A stretch of 64,000 bases of DNA from Mobula hypostoma. Its lineage: Eukaryota. A program made the translations under genes and the position numbers. The stretch lies in NCBI RefSeq assembly GCF_963921235.1, contig NC_086097.1, positions 86,802,001-86,866,000 of the forward strand, read 5' to 3'. Under the pieces are notes generated by a model. It saw only the letters and a program-made list of their open reading frames with translations, ran no database searches and was not told where the DNA came from. Below are positions 14,951 to 27,971 of this stretch, piece after piece (positions within the stretch are counted from its first letter, which is position 1; each line of letters opens with the position of its first letter).

Positions 14951-17900
14951 TAGTGGATCAAAAGTTTATGAAGATCTGGGGGGAAAAGGCTTTTAATCTT
15001 TTAAAGATCTATTTAATAGACCTACAAACTAGCTCTTCCAATTCTATATAACATATGCATTTTGTTTTTTTTAATTGTAAATTAAACTGATTGATATCAT
15101 GTTCAACAGTTTTAAATTGTGATGATTTATTAGAAACATTCCCTTAAAAAGTCTCTTGTCTGACAATTTAATTGATTTCTTGATATATATTTTAAAAACT
15201 TGCATTAAGTGACATTCACTTCAAAACCTGGCATTACATTGTCCCCAAAGGAAATAGTGATTTTAACAATTACATATTTTTAATCTGGACATTGAGCAGT
15301 TGATGATGGTCCTATATATGTTAAATTAAAATGTTCTAGTTTAATGATTTTCCACTTTACTGCTAAAAAAAAATTATAAACATTGTGGTGACTCCCATGT
15401 TACATTGGGGTTGCTTTTCTGGAAACTGTGTGTATCACAAATTTCAGTAATGCAAACCCTCTTTACCCACAGAATCTCATGTTATAATTGGGGATGCATT
15501 CTTACAAGGTGTTTTTCTCTCATAATAAGCCAGTTTATCAGCGATGACAAAGTGACGTTACCAGCATTATTTAGCTGATGAGTAAGCAAGCCTTGTGGAA
15601 TTGGTAAGGGTTCAGGGAGTTAGGATTATCAGGGAAAGGGATGGAATTTGAAGATTGGGGTTTAAGGAAGAAATATGTTTGGGGAAAAGCGTCATTGGTT
15701 AAAGTGCAGTGACCTCTTGGATGAAAGGGTTACTTCAAAGACCTGGTGTAAGAGTCTGTTGTGGCCAACATGACTCCCCATGCTGTAGTGTGTCAGAGAA
15801 AATGCTTTGCAGATGAAGAGCATGGCAGTCCTACATTCTTAAGACTCTGCCCATATGCCTTTGCACCTTTGGGCTGGAGAGGACATGGTAAGGGAAGGAT
15901 TCACCGGTCACTGACATCCTAATTGACATGCTGATGACACATCTAAATCTTACTCTCCCATGGTATTGAGTGATTAAAAATAAAAATAGTTGGAATTTTG
16001 TTGTTGCTTTTGTATTTTGTGTTTGTTTTACTTATTTCCATAAGTATTGAGAACAAATGTTATTCCCAATCTCAGGTTTGGTGTAGTCATTTATAAATTC
16101 CATGAGGGTGAATTTCATTACCCACACTGCTGTTACATGGAGGTCACCTGTGCACCAATGTTGGGAAGTGTATTTTAGATTGCTTGTTTTACCAAACTGT
16201 TCATACAATGATTTTAAGTGAGAAAGGACAGAAAATAACAGATTTTCTTTTTTGTCATGAATGTTCCATTGAAATTGACTAATGAAGATGGTGGTACCTT
16301 CTCTCAATAAAGTAAATGTATAAATTGAGCATTTGTCCTCAACTATCAATGTTCTTGACCTCTCACACCTATTCTGCAATTTTAATGTAAAATTATGTGT
16401 GATGCACTTTGGGAACTATCACCTTAAGCCGCTTAGTTTAGGTTTTATACACTGGAACCCACTGTGATTGCCAAATATAAAAGAAGAGAGATGGACATAC
16501 TGTAAGAATAGATATAGATAATGTAAAAGTGCTGACAACTAAGGAAGTAATATCAGTGAAATTGCTACACATGCACACTTCTCAAATTGAAAAATGGATA
16601 AATGATAAAATTTTCTTGAAAATCACAGAAGATAGATGTGTATTGCCAGCTTGGTCCTTTGATATTTTTGCTAGCATAGAATTCAGTAGTTACTAGATGT
16701 TAGCAGAAATAGGATCATTGATTTAGCTACAGCTTAATTCCCTATGTATTCTAATGAGAAACCTGGTTTACAACAGGAACAATATAGACTGAGGTTCTCG
16801 CTTTGTAGCCACGGTTCTTAGTCACCGTTACAGGACTAGGAAATGTAAGTACTTTGAACAAAAGCATAGTCAGTTAATCCAGTATTGTAACATTCCTGAA
16901 CTATGTTGTTAAAGAATTTTTAAATTGTATGTAAACCATGGAGGTTTATTGGCATTATTAAGTAGGTTTTCTGTAAATTAGTGTTGAACTGAACCCTGTG
17001 CACAAAGCACAAAATGCTAGTCTTACAGCATATCATATTATTGGATCTGATCATTGGAATTGTTAATTGATCATTTTTCTAGCACATGTTAAAAGACAAC
17101 CATCAGCATTTGAAAAGCATAATTTAATGCAGACAGCAAGTTTAAAAAGAATTTTGGTTCCATAACAATATTGTAGTCAAATATCATCCAAGTGTATGGG
17201 ATTGAGTGGGATCCAGGATCAACCATGATGGAATGGTGGAGCAGACTCGATGGGCTGAATGGCCTAATTCTGCTTCTATGTCTTATGGTCTAATTCCTCC
17301 AGGCCCATTACGTTATATGGATCATACTCATTAAAAGAGAATACTATGGGTTTTAAGAATTTACATAGTTGAAATTACTATTGGTACCAAGTTAGTGTGA
17401 TGGGAGAAATGGAGAGAAGGGGATATAGTTAAATAACTATGAATTATGGCAAATCTACAGGGGGGGCATTGGTAAATAGCAGTATGAGGAAATGGGTTGT
17501 GGAAGTAGTTCAATATTTAAAATCTGAAAGAAAGTGAGGGGAATGTGCATCGCAGGATAATATTTTAGATGAATAGATCAGAAGAGAGATGACCAGATTG
17601 ATAAAAGTAGTATAATAATGTGTTCAATATTTTATTTTCTATCTACAAACATTAGGGATAATGGTTGGGTTGAGTTGTTCTCTGATCATCTCCTCTTATG
17701 GTGATAAAACATGTGCAAGTAAATAGTCAAGATCAGAGAGCAACTCAACCCAACCATCAGCCACGCAAGCCACACATCTTTCGAATTATTTCCAACTGGG
17801 GGTAATGGTAAAGAGGTAATAAACAAATGAATGTGCAATTCTAAAAGGTCACTCGTAATTCCTTTCCTTCAGTTAAAATAAAATACTTAACCAAGTCTTT

Positions 17901-18580
17901 CTTCATAATTTAATAGCTTAAACTGAAGATTTGAAGATCACTCAGATGTATGATTCCAGATTTCAGGCCAGGGACTCCATGATGGGAAGATGGCTATACT
18001 AAAAAAGTGAACCGTGGAATCATACATTTAGGTGATCTTCAAATCTTCAGTTTGTGGGATTAAAGTATGAAGAAAGACTTGGTGAAGTATTTTATTTTAA
18101 ACAAGAAAAGGAACTTAAGAGTGACCTTTTAGAAATAGTCACTTTTATGAAGAATTGTAACTTGTAGTCTAATTTAAGTATAGTGAGGAGAAAACTTGAG
18201 ACTGCAGGATGATTATGGAAGTGAAATGAAGGCAAGGCTAAAAAATAAATTCCTTCTATAGTACCTGATTAAAAGATGATTTTTCATTAGCTAACTATTA
18301 TTGAATGGAAAGACTGATTTATTTTTTGAAAAATGAATTAAAAAGCATTTTATTAAAACAAGGGTGGAACAAAAGGGAGAAGTGTGAGGAGTAGCCCCTG
18401 AGAAGATCAGTAATAGATTCAAGAGGGGGAAATTAACAATTATTGTACAATATATCTAGTACCAGTAATAGTTGTAGTAAGACGTAACTCTTACTTCATC
18501 TGGATAGTGCTAGGAGTGCCAGTGACACCCCTGATATCTGATAGCTTTGTGCCAAGAATGAACCTATGTCCACTTTTTAG

Positions 18581-18934
<354 letters not shown>

Positions 18935-19091
18935 TAGTTTCCATTTTCATTTGTCTGATGATTTCACAAAACATTGCAATTATATGGTTATGCATCACCT
19001 TTGAATACAATGTCATTCATTGTATTTGATCCTAAATATTTTGTATTTAAGTACAAGTTCTAATAAATTTGATCCAAGATAGCCAATGTAA

Positions 19092-19256
<165 letters not shown>

Positions 19257-19509
19257 TAATCTCTTTTTTTGAAGGTGTTGAAAGTCATTGCTCTCATCAG
19301 CAACTGTTCTTAAGAATTAGAAGTTCAACTTCAGGGTTATCATCTGGAGCGCTTTTAAAGCAGATACACCATTTTATTTCTAAATTAAGAGTTTCATTGT
19401 TGCTAAATTTATAGGATGTTTATCATGCATGTTGATTTGACTGAGACTGTGTGATCAATGAGTCAAGCATTACCCTCAGAAAGTTGTTCTGATACATCTG
19501 TTCGAGTTG

Positions 19510-20345
19510 TCCTTTGCACAAAGATGACTGTGATTGTTGGAGGGCAATTATTCAAGCTCCAGAATACCACTTTAGCAATTCCTTAATGTGGTGTTATAGA
19601 GCCAACCACTTTTAGCTAATTGCATCAGTGGTCTGCCATTACAAAATAAGGAACAGAATTGTCCACTAATGATTACACAATTTTCAATTCCAAATGTAAC
19701 TCTTCAGAAAATGAAACATTTCCTATCTGCTTAAAACACCTGTCTTCTCCTATCATTTCGGATCTCCCCCTCCCACTCCCACTCCCACTTTCAGATCTCT
19801 TACTATCTCTTTTTTCAATTAGTCCTGACAAAGGGTCTCGGCCCAAAACATCGACTATACCTCTTCCTATAGATGCTGCCTGACCTGCTGTGTTCCACCA
19901 GCATTTTGTGTGTGTTGCTTGAATTTCCAGCATCTGCAGATTTCCTCATGTTTGCATTCAGATGGATAACATTCAGCAAGTGCTGATAAACACCAATAAA
20001 TTCATGCCACAAATGTACCCAGCAATGACCATTTCTGATACCACCTGCTCCAAGAAATGACCTTCAGGTTTGTTGCTGTTGTCCTGCGATCAATATTCTG
20101 GGAATCTTTATAGGAAACTGGACTGGGTTAGCTGCATGATTACTACAGCTACAAGTACAGATGAGAGCTGGGGAACATCCTGCTGTAAGTGACTCACATC
20201 CTGACTGTCCAAAGCTTTTCCATTATTTGGGTGACCTGAGTGGGGTATGATGTAATCATCTGTACTTACCTGGATCTGCAACTCTAGAAATACTGACGAA
20301 GCTTGACACCATCCAAGGCAAAGCAGTCTGCAAACCGGCCTCAAA
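19510..20345 (+). mobile_element. Old L2/CR1-like RT fragment interrupted by a PLE terminal repeat (~19740-19955)
   Basis: Degenerate similarity to the RT fragment at 24135-25380; the insert matches the other PLE termini. Confidence 0.6.
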
Positions 20346-20442
20346 AAACAATCCCAGGATTACTTTACTACAAATTCACTCTTGCTGCATTTCATCTTTT
20401 ACAAAATACATTGTAATGTTGGTCAAACTTACTGAATTGCAC

Positions 20443-20666
20443 CTCCATGACCTGGATCGACACTTGATGTCATGTGGAGGCTTGCACGCTTCAAGGACTC
20501 CATCAGGCGATGTCATCTCAGGGCCACCCATGTTGGAATGGCTACGGACGAGATGCCATATGAAGATCAATCCAATCTCGGCTCCCAAGCGGACATGCTT
20601 GTGTCTGCCCCTCTTGGGCCGCATTTCAATTAGAAGTGTGAATGCCATACAAAACAACAACAACAA
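20443..20666 (+). mobile_element. Short retroposon with (CAA)n tail, RTE-related
   Basis: 12-bp TSD ACTGAATTGCAC (20431-20442, 20667-20678); CAA tail; RTE/BovB 5'-like motifs (recalled, not searched). Confidence 0.7.
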
Positions 20667-21244
20667 ACTGAATTGCACATCCTAGATATCAAACTTTTAT
20701 TACTAACTAACACAGTACAAGCAATCACTAGGTACAGTGCAGTGGTTCAAAAAGCCAGCCTGCCCTCACTTTTATCAAGTGTGCGTAGGGATCAGAAATA
20801 AATGTTGGCTTTCCCAACATCTACAGATTTTTTTTTAAATATTTAAAAAAAATCATTTTAAGAAGGAATACAGATTGTGTTTATTATTTGGGGCTCTCAG
20901 CTGTGGTCTTAGTGTCATGCAAACTTTTATAGCAATGAAACTCCTGGCATTTATCTTTCCTAGAAAACTTTGCAAATAATGAGCCAGAAATAAATGAGAA
21001 AATGTGGGGAATCCAGACAACTTTGAGCTTGTCTGTCAAACTAAACCTGACAGATGTACACAGGGGGATATTTTCTGCTGGTTCTGTAATATAACTTTTG
21101 TGCTTTTAATAAATGAAAGTGGTTTTAGTCTTTAAAGCTATTTCAGGATATGTTAACAAAAAATAGAAGTTAATGGTGTGTTGTCAACTTTTTAACAATA
21201 CTTAAACTTTGAACATCTTACAGTTTTAATTATTTTATTTATTT

Positions 21245-21948
21245 ACTGATACAGAGGCCCTTCCTGCCCCTTGAGCCATGACCTGTCAACCATGATTTTA
21301 ACCCTAAACTAATCACAGGATAATTTACAATAACTAATTAACCTACCTGGATACGAGGAAATCTGCAGATGCTGGAAATTCAAGCGACACACACAAAAAA
21401 TGCTGGTGAACGCAGCAGGCCAGGCAGCATCTATAGGAAGAGGTACAGTCGACGTTTCGGGCTGGGACCCTTCGTCAGGACTAACTGAAAGAAGAGATAG
21501 TAAGAGATTTGAAAGTGGGAGGGGGAGATCCGAAATGTTAGGAGAAGACAGGAAGAGGAAGGGTGGAATTAAAAGCTGGCAAGTTGATTGGCAAAAGGGA
21601 TACCAGACTGAAGAAGGGTGAGGATCATGGGAAGGAAAACCTGGGGGGAGAGAGAAGGGGTAAAGGGGAGCCGGAGGGTGGAGAGCAGGCAAGGAGTTAT
21701 AGTGAGAGGGACAGAGGGAGAAAAAGGAGAGAGAAGAAAAAAAGGGGAAAAAAAATATATTAAATAAATAAATAAGGGATAACCTGTCTGGTGTGTATGG
21801 GCTGTGGGAGGAAAGTGGAGCACCCAGGGAAAACCCATGCATTCCACAGGCAGGACATACAGTCTCATTACAAATGACATCAGAATTGAACTCCAAACTC
21901 CAACGCACGGAGCTGTAATAATGTCACACTAACCACTATGCTACCATG
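21245..21948 (-). mobile_element. SINE split by a PLE terminal-repeat insertion (~21352-21780)
   Basis: SINE tail on the left, tRNA-like head on the right; similar AACCT..CTGG on both sides of the insert. Confidence 0.7.
21447..21482 (-). ncRNA. Minimal type-I hammerhead ribozyme motif, intact core
   Basis: Minus strand: AGUC CUGACGA A GGG UCCCAG CCC GAAA CG UC GACU. Confidence 0.8.
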
Positions 21949-22450
21949 GTCCCTGGTCCCCGGTCCCCGGTCCCCTACTTTATTGCCCTCTCATTTTAAT
22001 AGATAATTCTTTCACTGATGTGTCAGTGTGGTGCCATGCAAAATCAAAGAAAAACTGAAAATATATCTGCACTACAATTGAGCATAATAAATCTCATTAT
22101 ATTTTTGAATGGAAAATGTAATAACAGAATTAATTTCTTTGTCATCCACATTCCATTGAGACTGACTTAATGAAGGTGGTACCTTCTCTCAATAAAGTAA
22201 ATGCATAAATTATTTTTCCATTTGTGGGGATGGAATAAACTGATAATATTTTAAATTATGAAGAATAAATGTTAAGATGACATTTATTAATTTTTAGTGA
22301 TGGGATATGGCTGAGAAATGTGGGAGTTAAGAACATGGTTTGAGGGGATGAGGTGTCAATGTTCTGGTTAAGAGATATATTTAAAGGCCTGAGAGCTCTT
22401 TTAAATCTCAACAGTGACTTAGTTTCAACAGCTGAATTCAAACTGGAAAT

Positions 22451-22665
22451 CAGGGTGGCACAGTAGTGTGGTTAGTGTAACACTATTACAGCATCAATAA
22501 CCTGAGTTCATCTTGGCTGCTGTCTGTAAGGAGTTTGTACATTCTCTCTGTGACCACATGGGTTTCCTCCCACATTCCAAAGACTAGATTAATTAGTTAC
22601 ATGGGTGTAATTGGGCATCGTGGACTCATTGGGCTGAAAGGGCCTGTTACTGTGCTGTATCTCTT
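22451..22665 (+). mobile_element. tRNA-derived SINE (HE1/V-SINE-like)
   Basis: GGTGGCACAGTAG A-box-like head, GTTCA B-box-like motif, GGGTTTCCTCC core, tail GGGCTGAAAGGGCCTGTTACTGTGCTGT shared with the CR1 3' end. Confidence 0.75.
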
Positions 22666-22714
22666 GTTTTTAAATTGCTGATGCCAGAATAGTAGGAGGA
22701 GGGTTATGGGGTCA

Positions 22715-23640
22715 GAGTTTGCAGCCTGAAAGCAGGTCCTTTAGCTGATTGTATCCATGATGGCCATCGAGTATTTATCTGTACTAATCATATTTCCCAG
22801 CATTTGAGCTCAGCCTTCTCTGCTCATCTAAATACTATATAAATGTTGTAAGAATACATGCTTATACTACTGACTTGGGTACAGCATTCCAGCTTTCAGC
22901 CATCTTCACAGTGAGAAAAAAAAATCCTCCTCAAATTTCTGCCCCTCGTCTTAAACCTATGCTCTCATATCTGCTAACGGGATAAAATTCTAACCATTTT
23001 CCATATCAATGCCTTTCCTAATTTTGTATACTTTAATCGGGTCTTCTGTCAGCATCCTTTGCTCCAAGGAAAATAAACCAAACCTATCCAGTTTCTTCTC
23101 TCAGCTGAAATGATTTATCCTCGGCACTTTCATGGTAAATCTCCTCTGCACTCTTTGTGGTGCATTTATATTCTTCCTATCATATTGCCTCCAGAATCAC
23201 ACATGGTACTTCAACTTCGCCCTAACTAATGTTTTTTGTTGTTGATAACATCCCAACTCTTGTGTCCTATGACTTGGCTAATGAAGACAAATATTCAACT
23301 ACCTATAAACCACAATGTCTTCAATAACATACTTACCTACCTCTGGGAAAAATTTAATCAATTAGTCAAGCAGGATCTTCCCTTGGTAAAGTCTTCCCGA
23401 CTATCCTTGATTAATCCATGACTCTCAAATCTACATTAATATTTTGTCTCAGAACTTTTTCACAGTAATTTCACTTGCACTGATGTTTGATATTCTTGCT
23501 TGTAATTAAGTGGGCACCCTCGAATAAAGGTTTCATATTCACAGTCCTATAATCACCTCTAGCCGCACTAGAGGTACGAGAAAATTTGAAGAATTGTGTT
23601 AGAGCCACAGCAATCTGCTTTCTTTACCTCCTGTATAGCA
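22715..23640 (-). mobile_element. Highly decayed CR1 fragments
   Basis: Weak similarity to CR1 ORF2 C-terminus and 3' end; boundaries approximate. Confidence 0.5.
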
Positions 23641-24134
23641 AGTAGTGCACGTTCCCTTTAAGAAAGCACAGCTGCCAGGCTGGGCTGCAGGGAATATTGA
23701 AACACAGGGCTCTGAGGTCTCAGTGCCCTGCCATCCTCCTGGCTGATGAACAGTCTCTGGAACTGGGAACTGAAAACTAAAAATCTAAGTGCAAGGTTGC
23801 AGTATCACAGGAACATGAGGAACTGTGTATTCTGCTTCAGAGACATGGCTCACCCCCAGCATTCCCGCATTAGAATCAGGTTTACTGTAACTGCCATATG
23901 TCATGAAATGTGTTGTTTTGCAGCAGCAGTACATTGCAATACATAATATTTTAAAAACCTATAAATTACAATACGAAGTATATATTAAAATATAAATTTA
24001 GTGCAAAAAAAGCAAACAAAAGTGAGGTGTTGTACATGAGTTAATTGTCCATTCAGAAATTTGATGGCTGAGGGGGAGAAGCTTCAGGCTCTTTACCACC
24101 TTGATGGTAGCAATGAGAAAAAGGCATTCCCTGT

Positions 24135-25380
24135 TTTTTTTAATTCATTTACAGGATGTGGGCCAGCTAAACCAGCATCTATTGCTCATCCCGAGTTGCC
24201 CTCGAGAAGGTGGTGATGAGCTGCCATCTTGAACCGCTGTAGTCCCTGAGGTGTAGGTACACCCACAGTGCTGTTAGGGAGGGAATTCCATGATTTTGAC
24301 CCAGTGACAATGAAGGAATGGTGATATGTTTCCAAGTCAAGATGGTGAGTGACTTGGAAGGGGATTTTCAAGTGGTGGTGTTCCGAGGTATCTGTTGTTC
24401 TCTTCCTTCTTGATGGTAGTGGTCCTGGGTCTGGAAGGTGCTGCCTTAGGAACTTTGGTGTGTTGTTGCAGTGCATCTTGACGATTGTACACACTGCTGC
24501 AACTGTTTGTCAATCATGGAGGGATTGGATGCTTGTGGAAAGGGTACCACTCAAGTGGGCTGCCTTGTACTGGCTGGTTTTAATGGAGCTGCACTCATCC
24601 AGGCAAGTGAGGAGTATTCTGATACACTCCTTACCTGAGCCTTGTAGATGGTGGACAGGCTTTGGGGAGTCAGGAGATGAGTTACATGCTGCAGGATTCC
24701 TAGCCTTTAACCTGCTCTGGTAGCCACGATGTTTATATGGCTAGACCAGTTCAGATTCCTGTCAATAGTAATCCTCAGGATGTTGATAGTTGGGGATTCA
24801 GTGATGGTGATGCCATTGAATGTCAAAGGACGATGTTTAGAGCTTCTGTTATTGGAGATGGTCATTGCCTGGCACTTGTGTGGCTGGAATGTTACTTGCC
24901 ACTTGTCAGCCCAAGCCTGGATGTTGTCCAGGTCCTGCTGCATTTGGGTATGAACTGTTTCACTGTCTGAGGAATCACAAATGGTGCAGAACATTGTGCA
25001 TTCATCTGCGAACATCCCCATATCTGACCTTATGACGGAAGGAAGATCATTGATGAAGCAGCTGAAGATGGTTGGTCCTCGGATACTTCCCTGAGGAACT
25101 CCTGCAGTGATATCCTGAGGATGAGATGATTGACCTCCAACCACCACAACCATCTTCCCTTATGCCAGCGGAGAGTTTTTCCCTAATTCCCATTAACTCC
25201 ATTTTAGCTAGGGCACTTTGATGCAATATTTAGTCAAATGCTGCCTTGATGTCGAGGGCCATCACTCTCACCTTACCTCTGGTATGGTATTTAGCTCACT
25301 GGTCCATGTTTGGACCAAGGAGGTGATGAGGTCAGGAGCTGAGTGGCCTTGATGGAACCCAAAATGGGAATCTGTAACCA
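24135..25380 (-). mobile_element. L2/CR1-group LINE 3' fragment
   Basis: ORF 24707..25153: GVPQGS...FINDLP...MFADECT...WQVTF; downstream SWNSLP motif. Confidence 0.85.
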
Positions 25381-25384
25381 AGTT

Positions 25385-26075
25385 ATTAGATTAGGTTCAA
25401 CTTTATTGTCATTGTGCCAAGTACAGATACAAAGCCAATGAAATGCAGTTAGCATCTAACCAGAAATGCAAAGAATAGTGTTATTTACAAAATAACTACG
25501 AATAAAAAGTAAATGCTACAGCACACAAATATAAAAGTACTGAGACAGTACAATATGCGTGGAGTATTGCTTAGCGTTGTGATGTGAAGTTCAGCAGGGT
25601 CACAGCCTCAAGGAAGAAGCTTTTCCTGTGCCTGCTGGTGCAGGAGCGGAGGCTCCTGTAGCGCCTACCAGATGGGAGGAGAGAAAAAAGTCCATAGTTA
25701 GGGTGAGATGCATCCTTGATAATGCTTTTCGCCCTGCTCAGGCAGCGTTTATGGTAGATGTTCTCAATGGTGGGCAATTGGGTGCCAATAATCCACTGGG
25801 CAGTTTTCACCACACGCTGGAGTGTTTTGCAGTCCGATACGGGACAATTGCCACACCACACTGAGATGCAGTTGGTGAGTATGCTCTCAGTGGTAGAGCT
25901 GTAAAAGTCCGTCAGTATCCTGGGGCAGAGGTGAGCTTTCTTGATTCTCCGCAGGAAATAAAGGCGCTATTGCGCCTTTTTGATCAGGATGGAGGAGTTC
26001 AGAGACCTGGTGAGATCCTCGGAAATGTGGACACCAAGGAATTTGAAGCTTGATGCACACTCCACTACAGCTCCT
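25385..26075 (-). mobile_element. Rex1-type LINE 3' fragment
   Basis: ORF 25571..25861: LQRVVKTAQWIIG...LLPSGRRYRSL. Confidence 0.85.
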
Positions 26076-26229
26076 GCGTAGGTGCTGCATAATAGCACTG
26101 TTGATGACCCCTTCCATTACTTTGCTGATGTAGAGTAGGCTGATAGGGTGGTAACTGGCTGGGTTAGACTTACCACTGCTGATCCATCAATGAAGACTTC
26201 CCTCAACTTCCTCTTCCTGAAATCCGCAA

Positions 26230-26735
26230 GGTTTGAGATATCCTCCTTCAAAGAAAGGGGCTTCCCTTCCTCCTTCATCAACACTGCCCTTACCTACATC
26301 TCATCCATTTCGCACATGTCTGCCCTCACCCCATCCTCCCACCACCCTACTAGGGATAGGGTTCCTCTGGTCCTCACCTTCCACCACACCAGTACATAAT
26401 TCTCTGTAATTTCCACCATCTGAAATGGGATCCCACCACCAAACGTTTCTCCCCCTCCTCTGCGCACCGCCCTGGCCGAATTTCTGCTTTCCGTAGAGAT
26501 TGTTCCCCATGCAACTCCCTCGTCCATTTATCCCTCCCCAATCATCTCCCTCCTGAAACTTATCCTTGCAAGTGGAACAAGTGCTATACCTGCCACTACA
26601 CTGCCTCCTTCACTACCATTCAGGGCCCCAAACAGTCCTTCCAGGTGAGGCAAAACTTCACACCTGTGAGTCTGTCCACCCCCTTACCCCCTCGCCATTT
26701 CCCTTTCTCACCTTATTTCCTTACCTGCCCATCCA
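26230..26735 (+). mobile_element. Penelope-like element fragment
   Basis: FKERGFPSS...RVPLVLTFH and YPCKWNKCYTC motifs. Confidence 0.8.
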
Positions 26736-27797
26736 CAGAATTCACAATATGAAGTATGTCAGTTATAATGAACCTCTTTCTGATTTTGATCTCATCAAGC
26801 CCAAGGATTTACCCATCTTTAAGCCCATTAAGAGATCTAATACCTCCTCATTTCTAACTTTGTTCTAGAATTCCATACTGGGTACTATTCTCCATACTTA
26901 CTTTAAGCTCCAGTTTTTTTCTTGCAATATCCTTTAACATCCAAGGTTCCTTGGACATGTGGCCTTAGCAGAAGGTACTGGCCCTGAGCTCTCACTATTT
27001 CCTTTTTGAATGCCTCCCACTATCACATGTTCACTTGTTTGCAAGTAGCTACTGCCAGCCCAGTTTTGGCATGTTTAAATCTGGAGATTGATAGGGACTG
27101 CAAATTAATTAGATCAGGTTTGTAACTGGAGGAACACAAGTAATGATTTTTGATAATTTGCACCGGTGTAAAGTACTCCACATACTAAGAGTAATAAGTA
27201 GCAATAATATCTTGAATGATGTTGAGTTGAAAGAATGCAGTTGATAGAGAACAAGAGTTTTTTTGTAGATTTGTAATTCAAAATATCCAGTCATATGAGC
27301 AGCAACAGACAAGCTCAAAATATATTATAACAGAACTACTAATAAACAATGTTTTTAAAAAATTGGTGCTCAAGTCAGACATTCCACCTTTGAATCTATT
27401 CTGAGGAAGCCACACAAATTTTATCAGAAAAAGTTGCTTTATTTGGAAATAGAATAAAAGGTTGAGACTGGTGTTAAACAAACTAAATATTGATCTCAGC
27501 AGTTTATTCTTCAGGAAAAATAAACAAGGTTCTTCAATTCTTAAAGTATTAAATGCACAAGTAGCAAATATTCTGTGACATTTTTGTTGTAACTGCTTTC
27601 TGTTTTTATGAACTATTACAAGTTTGATAATTTTAATAATTGGCGATGGATTATTAACTTTACATTGAATCTTGTGATGCTTTGATGCATAACATAAAGT
27701 AACAATTATACCTTTTAGTAGTTACCATTTTTGTTAAATCATCCACCGTGTTTTAACAAATCACATAACCTTAAACCTAATTTGAAATTACAGATGA

Positions 27798-27971
<174 letters not shown>

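Noticed and set aside
15375..15530. Possible Tigger/pogo end
   Set aside because: Too decayed; no matching second TIR or TSD found
21948..21976. GGTCCC(C/T) x4 mini-tandem, and (TTTA)n/(TTCA)n at ~34724-34776
   Set aside because: Simple slippage repeats at or within transposons
22451..22520. tRNA gene
   Set aside because: It is a SINE head; no cloverleaf can be formed
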